DNA of 64,000 bases from Rebecca billardiae RCC1528 (taxonomy: Eukaryota > Protista > Haptophyta): contig OZ251227.1 of the NCBI GenBank assembly GCA_965240325.2, positions 2,046,001-2,110,000 of the forward strand. The letters run 5' to 3'. The notes under the pieces are model-generated. The model ran no database searches, was not told the origin of the DNA, and worked only from the letters and a program-made list of their open reading frames with translations. This document shows positions 54,860-64,000 of this stretch, one piece after another; position 1 is the first letter of the stretch, and each line of letters opens with the position of its first letter. Both the position numbers and the translations under genes were made by a program.

Positions 54860-56329
54860 ATGGCGGGCGGCATTTCGGCCATGCGCCCGGCGCATTGCGC
54901 GGCCGCGGCGCTGGTCGTGTGGGGGCTGGTGTGGTGCGTGCACCTGACGATGATCCAGCTGCCGCGGTCATCGCCGCCGCTGCTCGCGCGCATGGGTGCC
55001 GAGAGGCGCCCGAAGCGCCTGCACACGGGCATGGTCATGGAGGACGGCTCCATTGTGCCGGTGCGCCGCGCAAACGACGAGCGCCCGAGCATCGAGCTGC
55101 CCACGCGCGAGGCGCTCGATAGAGAGCGCCAGATCACACTCGTGCTCGCCGCTCGCGCGGCCGACGACGTCGGCTTCCCCCGGCTAGGCTCCCTAACCGC
55201 GTCGCTGCGCAAGTTCTGCGCGCCAGACGCGGTCGCAGAGATGCTGCTGCTCGCGCCCACGAGCGACCGGCACGTTTTCGAGACGCACGCGGCCTTTGCG
55301 AGCCTGCCCTTTGCCTGGCGCGTCATCGACGACAGCGGCCTGCTCTCTCGGCCGACGAAGCACTTCAAGCGGTACACGCCCCGGCGCGAGTGGGCTGAGA
55401 ACGGCGGCCGAGGCGTCAACTACCGCGTGCAGATGCTGCTGAAGATCGCCGTCGCGACGCTCGTGCAGACGGAGTACTACCTGACGCTCGACTGCGACGT
55501 GCTCGCGGTGCAGCCCATCACCTTCGACGCGCTCGTGCCCGGCGGCCGCGGCCTCGTCCAGGGCGAGCCCTTCCCGTACGAGCAGCGGCACGAGCCAGGC
55601 TGGTGGCACGCGGCCGAGGTCGCGCTGCGCGCGCGCGGCTGCCTCACGCCGGCCGAGGGCGGCGGCGATAGCGCGCCACTGGGCGGCGCGAGTATTGGCG
55701 TGACCCCCGCCGTGCTCTCGCGCGCGCTCGCCCTGCGCACCATGGCGCGCCTCGAGGAGGTGCACGGCGGGCGCTGGTGGGGCGCCGCGTGGGACGAGAT
55801 TCTCTTTCGACTTCTCTCGCAATCTCCCGACGAGCTCAACTGGACCGAGTACACGCTCTACTTCACCGCGGGGTGCGAGTGGGCGGGCGCGCTCGAGCGG
55901 CTACACGCGCCGCCGAAACCGGGCGCGAAGACCCTCTACTCGGAGCTCGGCTTCGATTGGGGCGACTGGGAGCTGTGGGAGCCGTCGCAGGCGTTTGGCC
56001 CGGACGGGCCCGCGCTCTTCACCGTCCTGCAGTCCATCTCGGGCGTGGAGCCGCAGTGGGTGGACGAGCAGGTCGCCCCCTACTTGGGCGGCACCGTTCA
56101 GGGGGATGCGGTGGGCGCTGGACTCCGGCCACGCGCGAACGCTACCGGCACCGTCGCGGCTGCGGATGCTGCGCGCGTCGGGCCTGCAGCGCCCACTGGG
56201 ACGGTGGATGCAGCCACTGGCACACGTGCTCGCGACGCATCCCCACAGCAGCAGGCTCCGACGGCCGTGCCGCCCGCGGCGGCTGTGGAGCATGGTCACG
56301 ATGCGGCGTCGACTGCGAGGCCATCATGA
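54860..56329 (+). CDS. Type-II membrane GT-A-fold glycosyltransferase-like protein (DUF6492-like)
   Basis: N-terminal TM, YRVQMLLKIAVA, YYLTLDCD (DxD motif), VTPAVL, WTEYTLY. Confidence 0.75.
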   Translation: MAGGISAMRPAHCAAAALVVWGLVWCVHLTMIQLPRSSPPLLARMGAERRPKRLHTGMVMEDGSIVPVRRANDERPSIELPTREALDRERQITLVLAARAADDVGFPRLGSLTASLRKFCAPDAVAEMLLLAPTSDRHVFETHAAFASLPFAWRVIDDSGLLSRPTKHFKRYTPRREWAENGGRGVNYRVQMLLKIAVATLVQTEYYLTLDCDVLAVQPITFDALVPGGRGLVQGEPFPYEQRHEPGWWHAAEVALRARGCLTPAEGGGDSAPLGGASIGVTPAVLSRALALRTMARLEEVHGGRWWGAAWDEILFRLLSQSPDELNWTEYTLYFTAGCEWAGALERLHAPPKPGAKTLYSELGFDWGDWELWEPSQAFGPDGPALFTVLQSISGVEPQWVDEQVAPYLGGTVQGDAVGAGLRPRANATGTVAAADAARVGPAAPTGTVDAATGTRARDASPQQQAPTAVPPAAAVEHGHDAASTARPS

Positions 56330-56595
56330 CTTTCTGCGCCAGCTGACGCTGTGCGCATCGATGCTTGTTCGTTCGATAATCCGTCTTCGGAGGGTTCCGC
56401 CGGACCTTCCGGCCGCGGGCGGGCCCTCAGTGGCGGTCGTCAAGTTGGCAGCAGCGGCGGCCTTGCTGAGAATATATTGTAGTTATTCATCGCCTTGAAG
56501 CGCGACTAGCTAATATGTCGTCCATGTCGATGATTAAACTATATCGTGGATCTAATTCTACCGACGAATTACTAATCTAATAATTAGTTATAATA

Positions 56596-56713
<118 letters not shown>

Positions 56714-56964
56714 CTGAATTTAGCTAGACCTGGGAGCGGCTGGGCCTGGGAGTGGCGCGAGTCGGATTGCTGCGGAGCAGCGGAGCAGACTCTGACTCGG
56801 CCTGACAGCGGCCGAGTCCCAGCCAGAAGGTAGAAATGGCATATATCAGCAGTCTAGTGAGTCTGCAGCCCGCACGCAGTCAGTGTCCGTGGCGGGCTCG
56901 GGCTCCGAGTCCGAAACCGACCGAATTGAGGGTGAAGGGTCTATTTAAGAGTAAGAGCAGGCAA

Positions 56965-57067
56965 GCAGTACAGTTTACAAATAACCTACAATATGTTTTA
57001 ACGTGCACACTGTTGAGTGTTGGTTTTAAAGGCGGTGATTGATGACGCCATCCAACACTGCACAAAG
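56965..57067 (-). repeat. Short dispersed repeat, inverted diverged copy of about 42569-42636 and 45016-45045
   Basis: The reverse complement reads CTTTGTGCAGTGTTGGATGGCGTCA...AGTGTGCACGTTAAAACATA. Confidence 0.75.
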
Positions 57068-57344
57068 CCGTCAAAGGGCACAGTACGGCCACATAAAAAA
57101 CAGACCGGCGCAGGCAGGTGAGGGGCGCAAAGTTGCCGCACCTCATCGAGGCGGCCATTGCAGCAAGCGGCCGCCCCGCGCTCGGAGGCACGTACGGTAC
57201 GCCCATAAGCCGTGAATTTACTGATATATATATATATTGTTGTCTTTATGATAAACTAGTTTATGGCATAGTCTCTGAGCTGCGATTCGACTGACAATAC
57301 TCGGCCTAGCAGTAGCAGGCGGGCTAGGGCCGCCATCAGATCGA

Positions 57345-57998
57345 CTACACCGCCGGGTACTCGGCACTTGCGGATACCACCGCGTCCATGCGAATATCGT
57401 GCGCCTCAGCAGGCACACTTTCAACCATCTGCACGTCGAAGCCGACGCCCAGCTTGACGCTGGGGGGCAGGCCCCGCTCGGCGCGCGCAGCATCCAGCGC
57501 CACCAGGAAGCGATCGTAGAAGCCCTTCCCTCGGCCGAGGCGCGTGAGCGTCGACGGGGCAAACAGCATGGCGGGGACAATGACCAAGTCAATATCTCCA
57601 TTCGTCGTGCCGTCGGCCAGGCCCTGCGCCGCGTCGTCGGTGTGCTCGGGCACGTGCCACGCGTTGATGGGTAGAGCGCGAAGCTCGTCGAGGGAGGATG
57701 CGCGCAGCATGCGCATGCTTCCATCACCATCGACCTTGGGCACATACACGCGCTTTGCGCTAGTGGAGAACAGAGCTTCAATCAGCGGCCACGTGTCCAA
57801 CTCACGCCCGTTCGTCATCGGCAGGTACACCGACACGCCGTCACTCCGCGCGAGGGCCGGGTGGCCGATGACGCGATCACATACGGCGCGTGACTGCGAG
57901 CTCACGTAGTCGGCGGAGATCGCCTTCAGCACCTTGCGGGCGCCTTGACGAGCAACCACCTTCGCAGATGCGCTCGCCGGCGCAGCGGCCGCTTGCAT
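57345..57998 (-). CDS. MTHFS: 5-formyltetrahydrofolate cyclo-ligase
   Basis: VSVYLPM...ELDT, KRVYVPKV, IDLVIVPAMLF, RLGRGKGFYDRFL, VPAEAHDIRMDAVV. First in-frame ATG at 57998. Confidence 0.92.
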   Translation of the reverse strand: MQAAAAPASASAKVVARQGARKVLKAISADYVSSQSRAVCDRVIGHPALARSDGVSVYLPMTNGRELDTWPLIEALFSTSAKRVYVPKVDGDGSMRMLRASSLDELRALPINAWHVPEHTDDAAQGLADGTTNGDIDLVIVPAMLFAPSTLTRLGRGKGFYDRFLVALDAARAERGLPPSVKLGVGFDVQMVESVPAEAHDIRMDAVVSASAEYPAV

Positions 57999-58105
57999 CA
58001 CCGTGGTGGGAGCAAGCAGCAACACCAGTGCCGATGGCACGACCGTCGTGATCGCCCTCCGCACACTGCCCCGTCGCGGAGCGCTGCGCCGCCTGCGCTT
58101 GCACG

Positions 58106-58681
58106 ATGGCGGTCCTCGCGGTCGCTGTGGTGTTGGTGACTGCACCCTTTGGCCTCAGCGATGCGCTCGGTCTGAAAATGATGCAGCTGCCGGCGAGACC
58201 ACACGCCTCGCTGAGTACTCGCGACGTGGTCACCACCCTCTGCTTCTCCCTGCAGCACAACCACGTGCCGCAACCGGATGCAGGCTTGCGCCGGCTGTGG
58301 GAGTTCTGCACCTTCGAGGCAAAATCTGCGCTCACAGCTCGGCGAGGGGCGCGCACGATGGAACGCTTCATGAAATATGCCACCTCGCCTGCTTTTGCGA
58401 AGCTCGTCAACGCGCGGTCCTTCGAAATACTGGAGGAAACACTCATAGCAGGCACGCCGACACGCGGGGACATGGCGAGCATCATAGTCGCGGTGGATGA
58501 TTGGGAAAGTGATGGCGTGGCCGACGAATATGGCGAGCATGAGGACGCGCGCAGATTTCGATGGCTGCTCCAGCAAGAGCGCCGGCCGCCTCTTGAGGGA
58601 TGCTGGCTCGTGCGTGAGGTGATCAGCCTCGACGAGCAGTATCTATTCAACGGCGACACTGGCTCGACAACCACCGAGTGA
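58106..58681 (+). CDS. Signal-peptide-bearing DUF4864/SnoaL-like small protein, possibly plastid-targeted
   Basis: Hydrophobic N-terminus. DVVTTLCFSLQHNHVPQPDAGLRRLWEF and C-terminal FRWLLQQERRPPLEGCWLV. Confidence 0.7.
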   Translation: MAVLAVAVVLVTAPFGLSDALGLKMMQLPARPHASLSTRDVVTTLCFSLQHNHVPQPDAGLRRLWEFCTFEAKSALTARRGARTMERFMKYATSPAFAKLVNARSFEILEETLIAGTPTRGDMASIIVAVDDWESDGVADEYGEHEDARRFRWLLQQERRPPLEGCWLVREVISLDEQYLFNGDTGSTTTE

Positions 58682-59003
58682 ACGTTGACCAACGCCTTCT
58701 CCAGGGCAAGCGTCGTCGTACTGTAGACGCCCACGGTGGTCTCGCACTAATATTCATCGCCGTTGCCCGTCCTTGTGAGCTGGTGCATCGTGAAACGCCG
58801 CAGTGGATGACCGCTGCTTTGAAGCCGCCTGACGAACCGCGCACCGGGCCCGTCTCCGACTGGTGATGCCGGACTTGAAACTTGTTCTGACTTCGGATTC
58901 GGACTCGGAGTGACTCTGTCCGACTCGGAGTCGCCGGGGCGCCGTGCCCGTGACGAGTTATATACATACTTTCGTCGTTATCAATTACGACCCCCGGCGC
59001 CAT

Positions 59004-59006
<3 letters not shown>

Positions 59007-59047
<41 letters not shown>
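59007..59047. repeat. (TA)n microsatellite
   Basis: Read directly. Confidence 0.99.
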
Positions 59048-59050
<3 letters not shown>

Positions 59051-59603
59051 CTAACTATTATTAACTAGTAGTAACTAAATAATATTCGTTTGACTTCGGA
59101 ATGACTCGGCTCCATCAGCGATCTGGCGGCGGAGCAACATGATTCCACGCCGCAGAATACGGCGGCAGGCATCATCGTCAGATCGTCGGTTGTCATTATG
59201 GCCGGAAACGTAGTCTCACTCAGATTGAGAAATGCCTTGGAAGCTGTGTCCGCCACTCCGCGCGGCCCGCGGCACTCGGAGCCGCGATGCCGGCCCCCCG
59301 CGGCGGCGCCGCGGTCGAGATTCAGGAAGGCTCGGGCTCCTCTCGTCGTCACGCAGACCCAGTGCCGAAGCGCCAATGCTGCGGATACCAGAAGTGCGTC
59401 GGATGTGGCTGCGGTCAATGGTGATCACAACGCACAGCGGTCCAAACGCAGCGATCCGTGTCTATCCCAGCTGAGTGTGCACTGGATTCTGAGACCGTGC
59501 GCGCAGTGCGCGCAGTGTCAAGGCAGACGGCCGCGGGATCAGCGGCTCGGTGGGAGGAGAGCGCCGCCCATGGGAGGGCAGTGGCATGGCCGCCATCACG
59601 AGC

Positions 59604-60208
59604 TCACGGGCGGCACACAGACGACCATGTGCAGTTGCCCAGCACGTCGCACGTGCCGTTCCGGAACTCGACGTTTTTGTACCAGGTCGGCTGCTCTGTC
59701 CACTCTCCACTAATCGCCAGGAAGCTCCGCTCCTCCGCGACGCTCCAGTTCGCGGGGACGAGCGAGTCTGGGTCCGAGCTGTTCGTGGGATCCACGCCTA
59801 CGCTGCACTCCATCTCGCAGAATGTGCACAGACAATCCACCAGGCCGAGCGATTGGCTGATGTGCTCCTCCGTGGTGTTCCTCACTGCGGCGCGGCACAC
59901 GTGTGGCGGCGCGCATGAGCCACCGACGCACGAGGGGGCGGGGAGGGGCGCAAGGGTGCGTGATGCACTCATCGCGCAGCGCGCGCACCGGAAAGCGCAT
60001 AACCCTCATCGGCACATCGAGCCGCCGGGCACTTGACGCACAGGACGTCCCCTGCCTCCGCAATCACCTGGGAGCCGAGCAAAGGCTTTTCTGAGGCCTC
60101 CTTCCACGAGGCCATGACGGCAAAGACGGCGAGCGTGAATGCGAGGGCAGTGCAGAAGCAGACACACGCCGCCATCGCCCCGGTGACGACATTTTTCGTG
60201 TTCACCAT
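59604..60208 (-). CDS. Small type-II membrane protein with a Cys-rich, N-glycosylation-site-rich ectodomain (166 aa). Exons 60208-59989 and 59884-59604
   Basis: Intron 59885-59988 (GTGCGC..CGCAG) joins two ORFs in frame. N-terminal TM; sequons NTT, NSS, NWS, NGT, NCT. Confidence 0.7.
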
Positions 60209-60504
60209 CGCGCCGCGCCGAGCAGGGGGCGCCCAGAGTTGCTGGCCCGGGCGACCGCTTTTCTCCGCGAGCAGCTGCGCCAAGCCGCGGCTGCGCGTTG
60301 ATTTGCTCCGGACCCGCGTCCGGGGGCTGGCTGGTACTCTCCGCCATCGCACTCGCTTCACGGGCTGTGCGGCCTGTGCCCGCCGAGTAACGATGGCGGC
60401 GCAGTCCGGAGGAGAGTACCAGACAGGTCCGGGGGCAGGACCCCCCTCGCCTTCTTCGCCCCTGCGACCGCAGCGACCCAAGCTGGTGAGCAGTTGGCAT
60501 CAGC

Positions 60505-61416
60505 ATGGCGGATGCTTTACGAGCGCGTTTGCACGGGGCAGTCGTGATCAGCCTCGCACGGCGCCCTGCGAAGCGTGAGTCGTTTATGCAGCGTGCACGC
60601 GCGGCTGGGCTGTCCGACGATCTACTGGACGTCTTCGACGCCGTCGACGGCAGCACGCTCAGCACTGACTGGCTGACAGAGCACGGCTTTGCACTCTACC
60701 CGCGGTGGCAGATCCCTGGGCACACCAACAGATTTTATAGTCGCCATCTGAAATGGGGTGAGGTGGGCTGCGCCATCAGCCACTGGCGCGTGTGGGAAAC
60801 GATCGCTGCGCGTGACGATCACCGCGCAACTCTGGTGTTCGAGGACGACGTCGTCTTTGCTGATGGCTTCGCTGAACGCCTGGCCTTGGCGTTGGACGAA
60901 CTTGAGCGGTTGCAAAAGGCGGACTCCGCGCATGCGCTGGATTTCTTCTATCTGCTGCACAAGCCGATAGGGCCGGCTCGGCAAGCACCCACGCCGCTCG
61001 CCGCGCTTGGGGGCGGTTGCGAGCTCGTCGCCGGCCCACCGCCCTCGTGGAAAATGGCGGCGTACGCGCTCTTCCCGGCCGGAGCCCGGAAGTTGGTGGC
61101 CTCAGACTTCCGTACGCAGCTCGTGCCCGTCGACGACTTCCTGCCGGCCATCGCATCGCACCATCCCTTGCGACCGGATCTGGACGGCCTGTTTCATTGC
61201 GGGAACAGTGCGGACGGCACGCAGCAGGCCCGTGACAAATCGGATAGGCAACCGTCAGCAGTGCTGGACGAAGGGTGGCTGCGCGTGGGGGCATTGGTGC
61301 CAAACGTCGTGAGCGAGCGGCGTCTTAGCCTCTCGGACACGGAGAACAGCAGTGAGGTGGAACCAACAGCTGGGCGGTCGGCCGCAAGTGGATTGTCACC
61401 GAGGCTTCCTGCATGA
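60505..61416 (+). CDS. Glycosyltransferase family 25 protein
   Basis: VISLARRPAKR, FDAVDG, GEVGCAISHWRVW, LVFEDDV, AYAL...GARKL, PVDDFL. Confidence 0.9.
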   Translation: MADALRARLHGAVVISLARRPAKRESFMQRARAAGLSDDLLDVFDAVDGSTLSTDWLTEHGFALYPRWQIPGHTNRFYSRHLKWGEVGCAISHWRVWETIAARDDHRATLVFEDDVVFADGFAERLALALDELERLQKADSAHALDFFYLLHKPIGPARQAPTPLAALGGGCELVAGPPPSWKMAAYALFPAGARKLVASDFRTQLVPVDDFLPAIASHHPLRPDLDGLFHCGNSADGTQQARDKSDRQPSAVLDEGWLRVGALVPNVVSERRLSLSDTENSSEVEPTAGRSAASGLSPRLPA

Positions 61417-62064
61417 TTCTGGCACGACGGATCTGGTTCGGGCCGGATGATGGCTGTGATGTTATTCAGCAAGCTATAACTACCGCCGGTCCGGGCGGTC
61501 GTGAATGGCCTTGCTTCGATCTAGTCTGGCAGTCTTAGCCTGGTCTTGGCTGAGTAGTCACCTGTCAGCTAGCAGTTCATATTACAGAACGTATATAGTA
61601 GCCATATATATATAATCCATATATATATTTAATATATATTATAATATGCGCCGCCAGAACATTATATTCCGAGCCAGCACAATTTTGGTCGTCATCCCAT
61701 CGCGATGATGATGCACAGCTGACGACGACTATCATGGGTGCCGGCGACTACCACTTGATGAATGCTGAATACGCACGGACCCGAAGGCTAAGCAGACCTC
61801 CTACGCCGAGCAGCTCGCGCTCGCTGAGACCTGCGGTGACCGTGATTCGCTCCGGACCCGCGTCCGGGGCAGAGGCCTCCCTAGGAGAGGCTCCCACCTG
61901 TATGTGCCCGAGCTGCGTCTCGTTGGGCGTCCTCATGCTGAGCCGCAACGTCGCTTTGCACGCAGAGGTCGGTACGGTAGCCCGGAAAGCCGCTGCAAGC
62001 CCGTTTGGAAATGCCGGCGTGGACACGGGACGATGGCCCGTGGACTCACCACCCGGCCAACAGC

Positions 62065-62180
62065 GATTCTCTCGACGTGATCACCGCCGAGAAGATTTCT
62101 CTCGACGTGATCACCGCCGAGAAGATGGCCCCAAGGATTCGTCACCCTGCCAAAGGCGATTCGCCCGACGTGATCACCGC
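62065..62180. repeat. 30-bp tandem duplication plus a partial third copy at the 3' end of the upstream membrane gene
   Basis: TCTCTCGACGTGATCACCGCCGAGAAGAT twice, then CGACGTGATCACCGCC overlapping the end of the CDS. Confidence 0.85.
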
Positions 62181-62720
62181 CAGGTGGAGTGGCACGACCA
62201 TGGACGAGACGATCGCAAAGTGCCACAGCGTGTGGTTGGTGACGTACATTTGGTACTGGCGATGCACGATGGCAAACTTTGCTTTGAAGTGCCAGAAGAT
62301 TCCCGCGGCGACCAGCCCGAGCATGAGAGCGCGCAAGCGCATCGGCATTGCGGAGAAGAGCACGATGGTGATCTCAAAGTAGACAGCAATGAGGGTGAGG
62401 ACGATGGCCATGATGCGGTCGATCGGGTGGGCGATGGAGCGAGTGTCAGTGAGCATGACGTCGGAGACGTAGCTCGCGAAGCTCTGTACGATGCAGGCCC
62501 ACGCCTGCGCCCGGAAGCTCCACTCGGTGAAGTAGGGCCACTTGGAGCCTGCATGCGTATGCGCGAGCCATGCGCACACGGACGCGGAATGAATCAAAGC
62601 CCAAACGCCTGCGGCGCCGAAGAGGAAGCATGACGCTCCATAGAGCCACTCGCGCCTCAGATCCGGCCCCCAGCGGGCGTGACAGTTCTTCTTCCTCGAG
62701 AGCAGCGCGTATCCGCCCAT
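62142..62720 (-). CDS. Multi-pass membrane protein, CREST-superfamily-like (192 aa)
   Basis: Several hydrophobic helices; motifs ASYVSD, HPIDR, HTLWH. Confidence 0.7.
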   Translation of the reverse strand: MGGYALLSRKKNCHARWGPDLRREWLYGASCFLFGAAGVWALIHSASVCAWLAHTHAGSKWPYFTEWSFRAQAWACIVQSFASYVSDVMLTDTRSIAHPIDRIMAIVLTLIAVYFEITIVLFSAMPMRLRALMLGLVAAGIFWHFKAKFAIVHRQYQMYVTNHTLWHFAIVSSMVVPLHLAVITSGESPLAG

Positions 62721-62928
62721 CGTCCCCGACGGGCGACGCCACTGTTGATCACGCCCAAGCCGAGTCCGCGGACGACCTTTCCGTGCTCTGCGGCTCCGGC
62801 GGACCGACCGCCATCGCTGCTCTCGCGCCCTATTTTCCGCGCGGAAGAGCGGCCAGCGGCGGGCGGAGGTTGGCCAGCTCGCGCGTGCTCTGTAGGCCGG
62901 CGCGGTCCCGGCCAGACCGCGGGCCGGC

Positions 62929-63939
62929 ATGCCCATCATCTACAGCCTCGTGGCACGCGGGACATGCGTGCTCGCCGAGCACACCACCACCTCTGGGAAC
63001 TTCACCACTGTTACGCGGCGCATCCTCGAGAAGATCCCTCTCGACATGGAGACTAAGATGAGTTACGTGTACGACAAGCACGTCTTCCACTACGCTGTGC
63101 AGGACGGGCTGGTGTTCCTCTGCATGGCCGACGAGGACTTTGGCCGACGAGTGCCATTTGCCTTCATCGACGACGTCAAGACGCGTTGGTTCAACACGTA
63201 CGGCGAACGCGGTGCATCGGCTCTGGCATACGGTGCGCGCGGCCCCAGCGCAGCGTACAGACCAGGTGGTCATGGGCTGAGCATCGCGCGCCGCGCGCGT
63301 GGCGCGGCGCCTGGTACGCAGGCATGAACGAAGACTTCTCGCGCGTGCTCGGGAGGCAGATGGTACGCGACCGCGCTCGCGCGGTCTTTTGCACGGCGCC
63401 ACACTGGGCTGCACTACGCGCTCCCTCCCGCTGACCAGCGCCCCTCGGCGCCCGCCGTGCGCACGCGCAGGACTACCACTCGGACGACACCGAGGTCGAC
63501 GCAATCTCGCGCGTGCGCGGCGAGATCGACGAGGTGAAGGAGGTGATGGTGGCCAACATCGAGCGCGTGCTCGAGCGCGGCGAGAAGATTGAGCTGCTGG
63601 TGGACAAGACGGACAACCTCAACCAGCAGGCGTTCCGCTTCAAGAAGCAGTCCACGTACCTGCGCCGCGCGCTGTGGTGGAAGAACTGCAAGCTGGTGGG
63701 CCGCCGCGCGGCACGCGGCGCCAGCCGAAACGCCCGCGGCTGCCTGCAATGCGCCCCTCTCGACACGTGCCCTTGCCATGTGCGCACGGCGCGCCCGCGC
63801 GCAGGCGATGCTCATCTTTGCCGTGGTGAGCGGGATCATCCTCCTGATCGTGATGAGCACATGCGGCGTCACTTTCCAAAAGTGCGTGAGCCGATCACAC
63901 AACCCTGGAGGATCAGGACGAGGCCACAAGCTTCTCTGA
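62929..63939 (+). CDS. VAMP7: Longin R-SNARE VAMP7/VAMP71. Exons 62929-63232, 63322-63362, 63471-63695, 63805-63939
   Basis: MPIIYSLVARGTCVLAE, FLCMADEDFGRRVPFAF, synaptobrevin EVKEVMVANIERVLERGEKIELLVDKT, WWKN, C-terminal TM. Three GT..AG introns. Confidence 0.96.
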
Positions 63940-64000
63940 CGCTCGTGTCATGCCTGATGACCATGACTTCGCGTGCACCAGCATTCACCGTGCCGTCAGC

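Noticed and set aside
62065-62180. 30-bp repeats as a CRISPR array
   Set aside because: They are directly adjacent tandem copies without unique spacers, there are no cas genes, and the context is eukaryotic.

Overview
Very GC-rich eukaryotic nuclear DNA. It has short spliceosomal introns (GTGCGC...CGCAG style), compact head-to-head gene pairs and signal-peptide-led metabolic enzymes, which suggests an alga with a complex plastid. A pavlovophyte haptophyte is my best guess (inference only). The ordinary gene-dense flanks (about 9.7-26 kb and 54.8-64 kb) encode a SWIM-finger protein, MBD4, an Lsm14-KH-ankyrin protein, a TRPM2-like channel, an FkbM-like methyltransferase, HPPD, two glycosyltransferases, MTHFS, a CREST-like membrane protein and VAMP7. 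They enclose a rearranged, repeat-rich island (about 26-54.7 kb). The island carries two copies of a 4.3-4.5 kb cassette pairing an intron-containing bacterial-type ParA/Soj ATPase tail-to-tail with a TIR/HET-like-domain + TPR gene. It also has an intact TPR-CHAT (caspase-like) protease, an inverted partial PP2C duplication, a foldback element with 442-bp arms, nested MITE-like elements and transposon relics. The strongest signal is that the two ParA copies are almost identical, including the intron, yet differ by about 11 amino-acid-changing events against 1 silent change in the last ~85 codons. This hints at a diversifying conflict or immunity module. A coral acid-rich protein (CARP/SAARP)-like domain sits in a large cell-surface protein at the start of the window. 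All domain calls come from motif recognition by eye; no searches were run.
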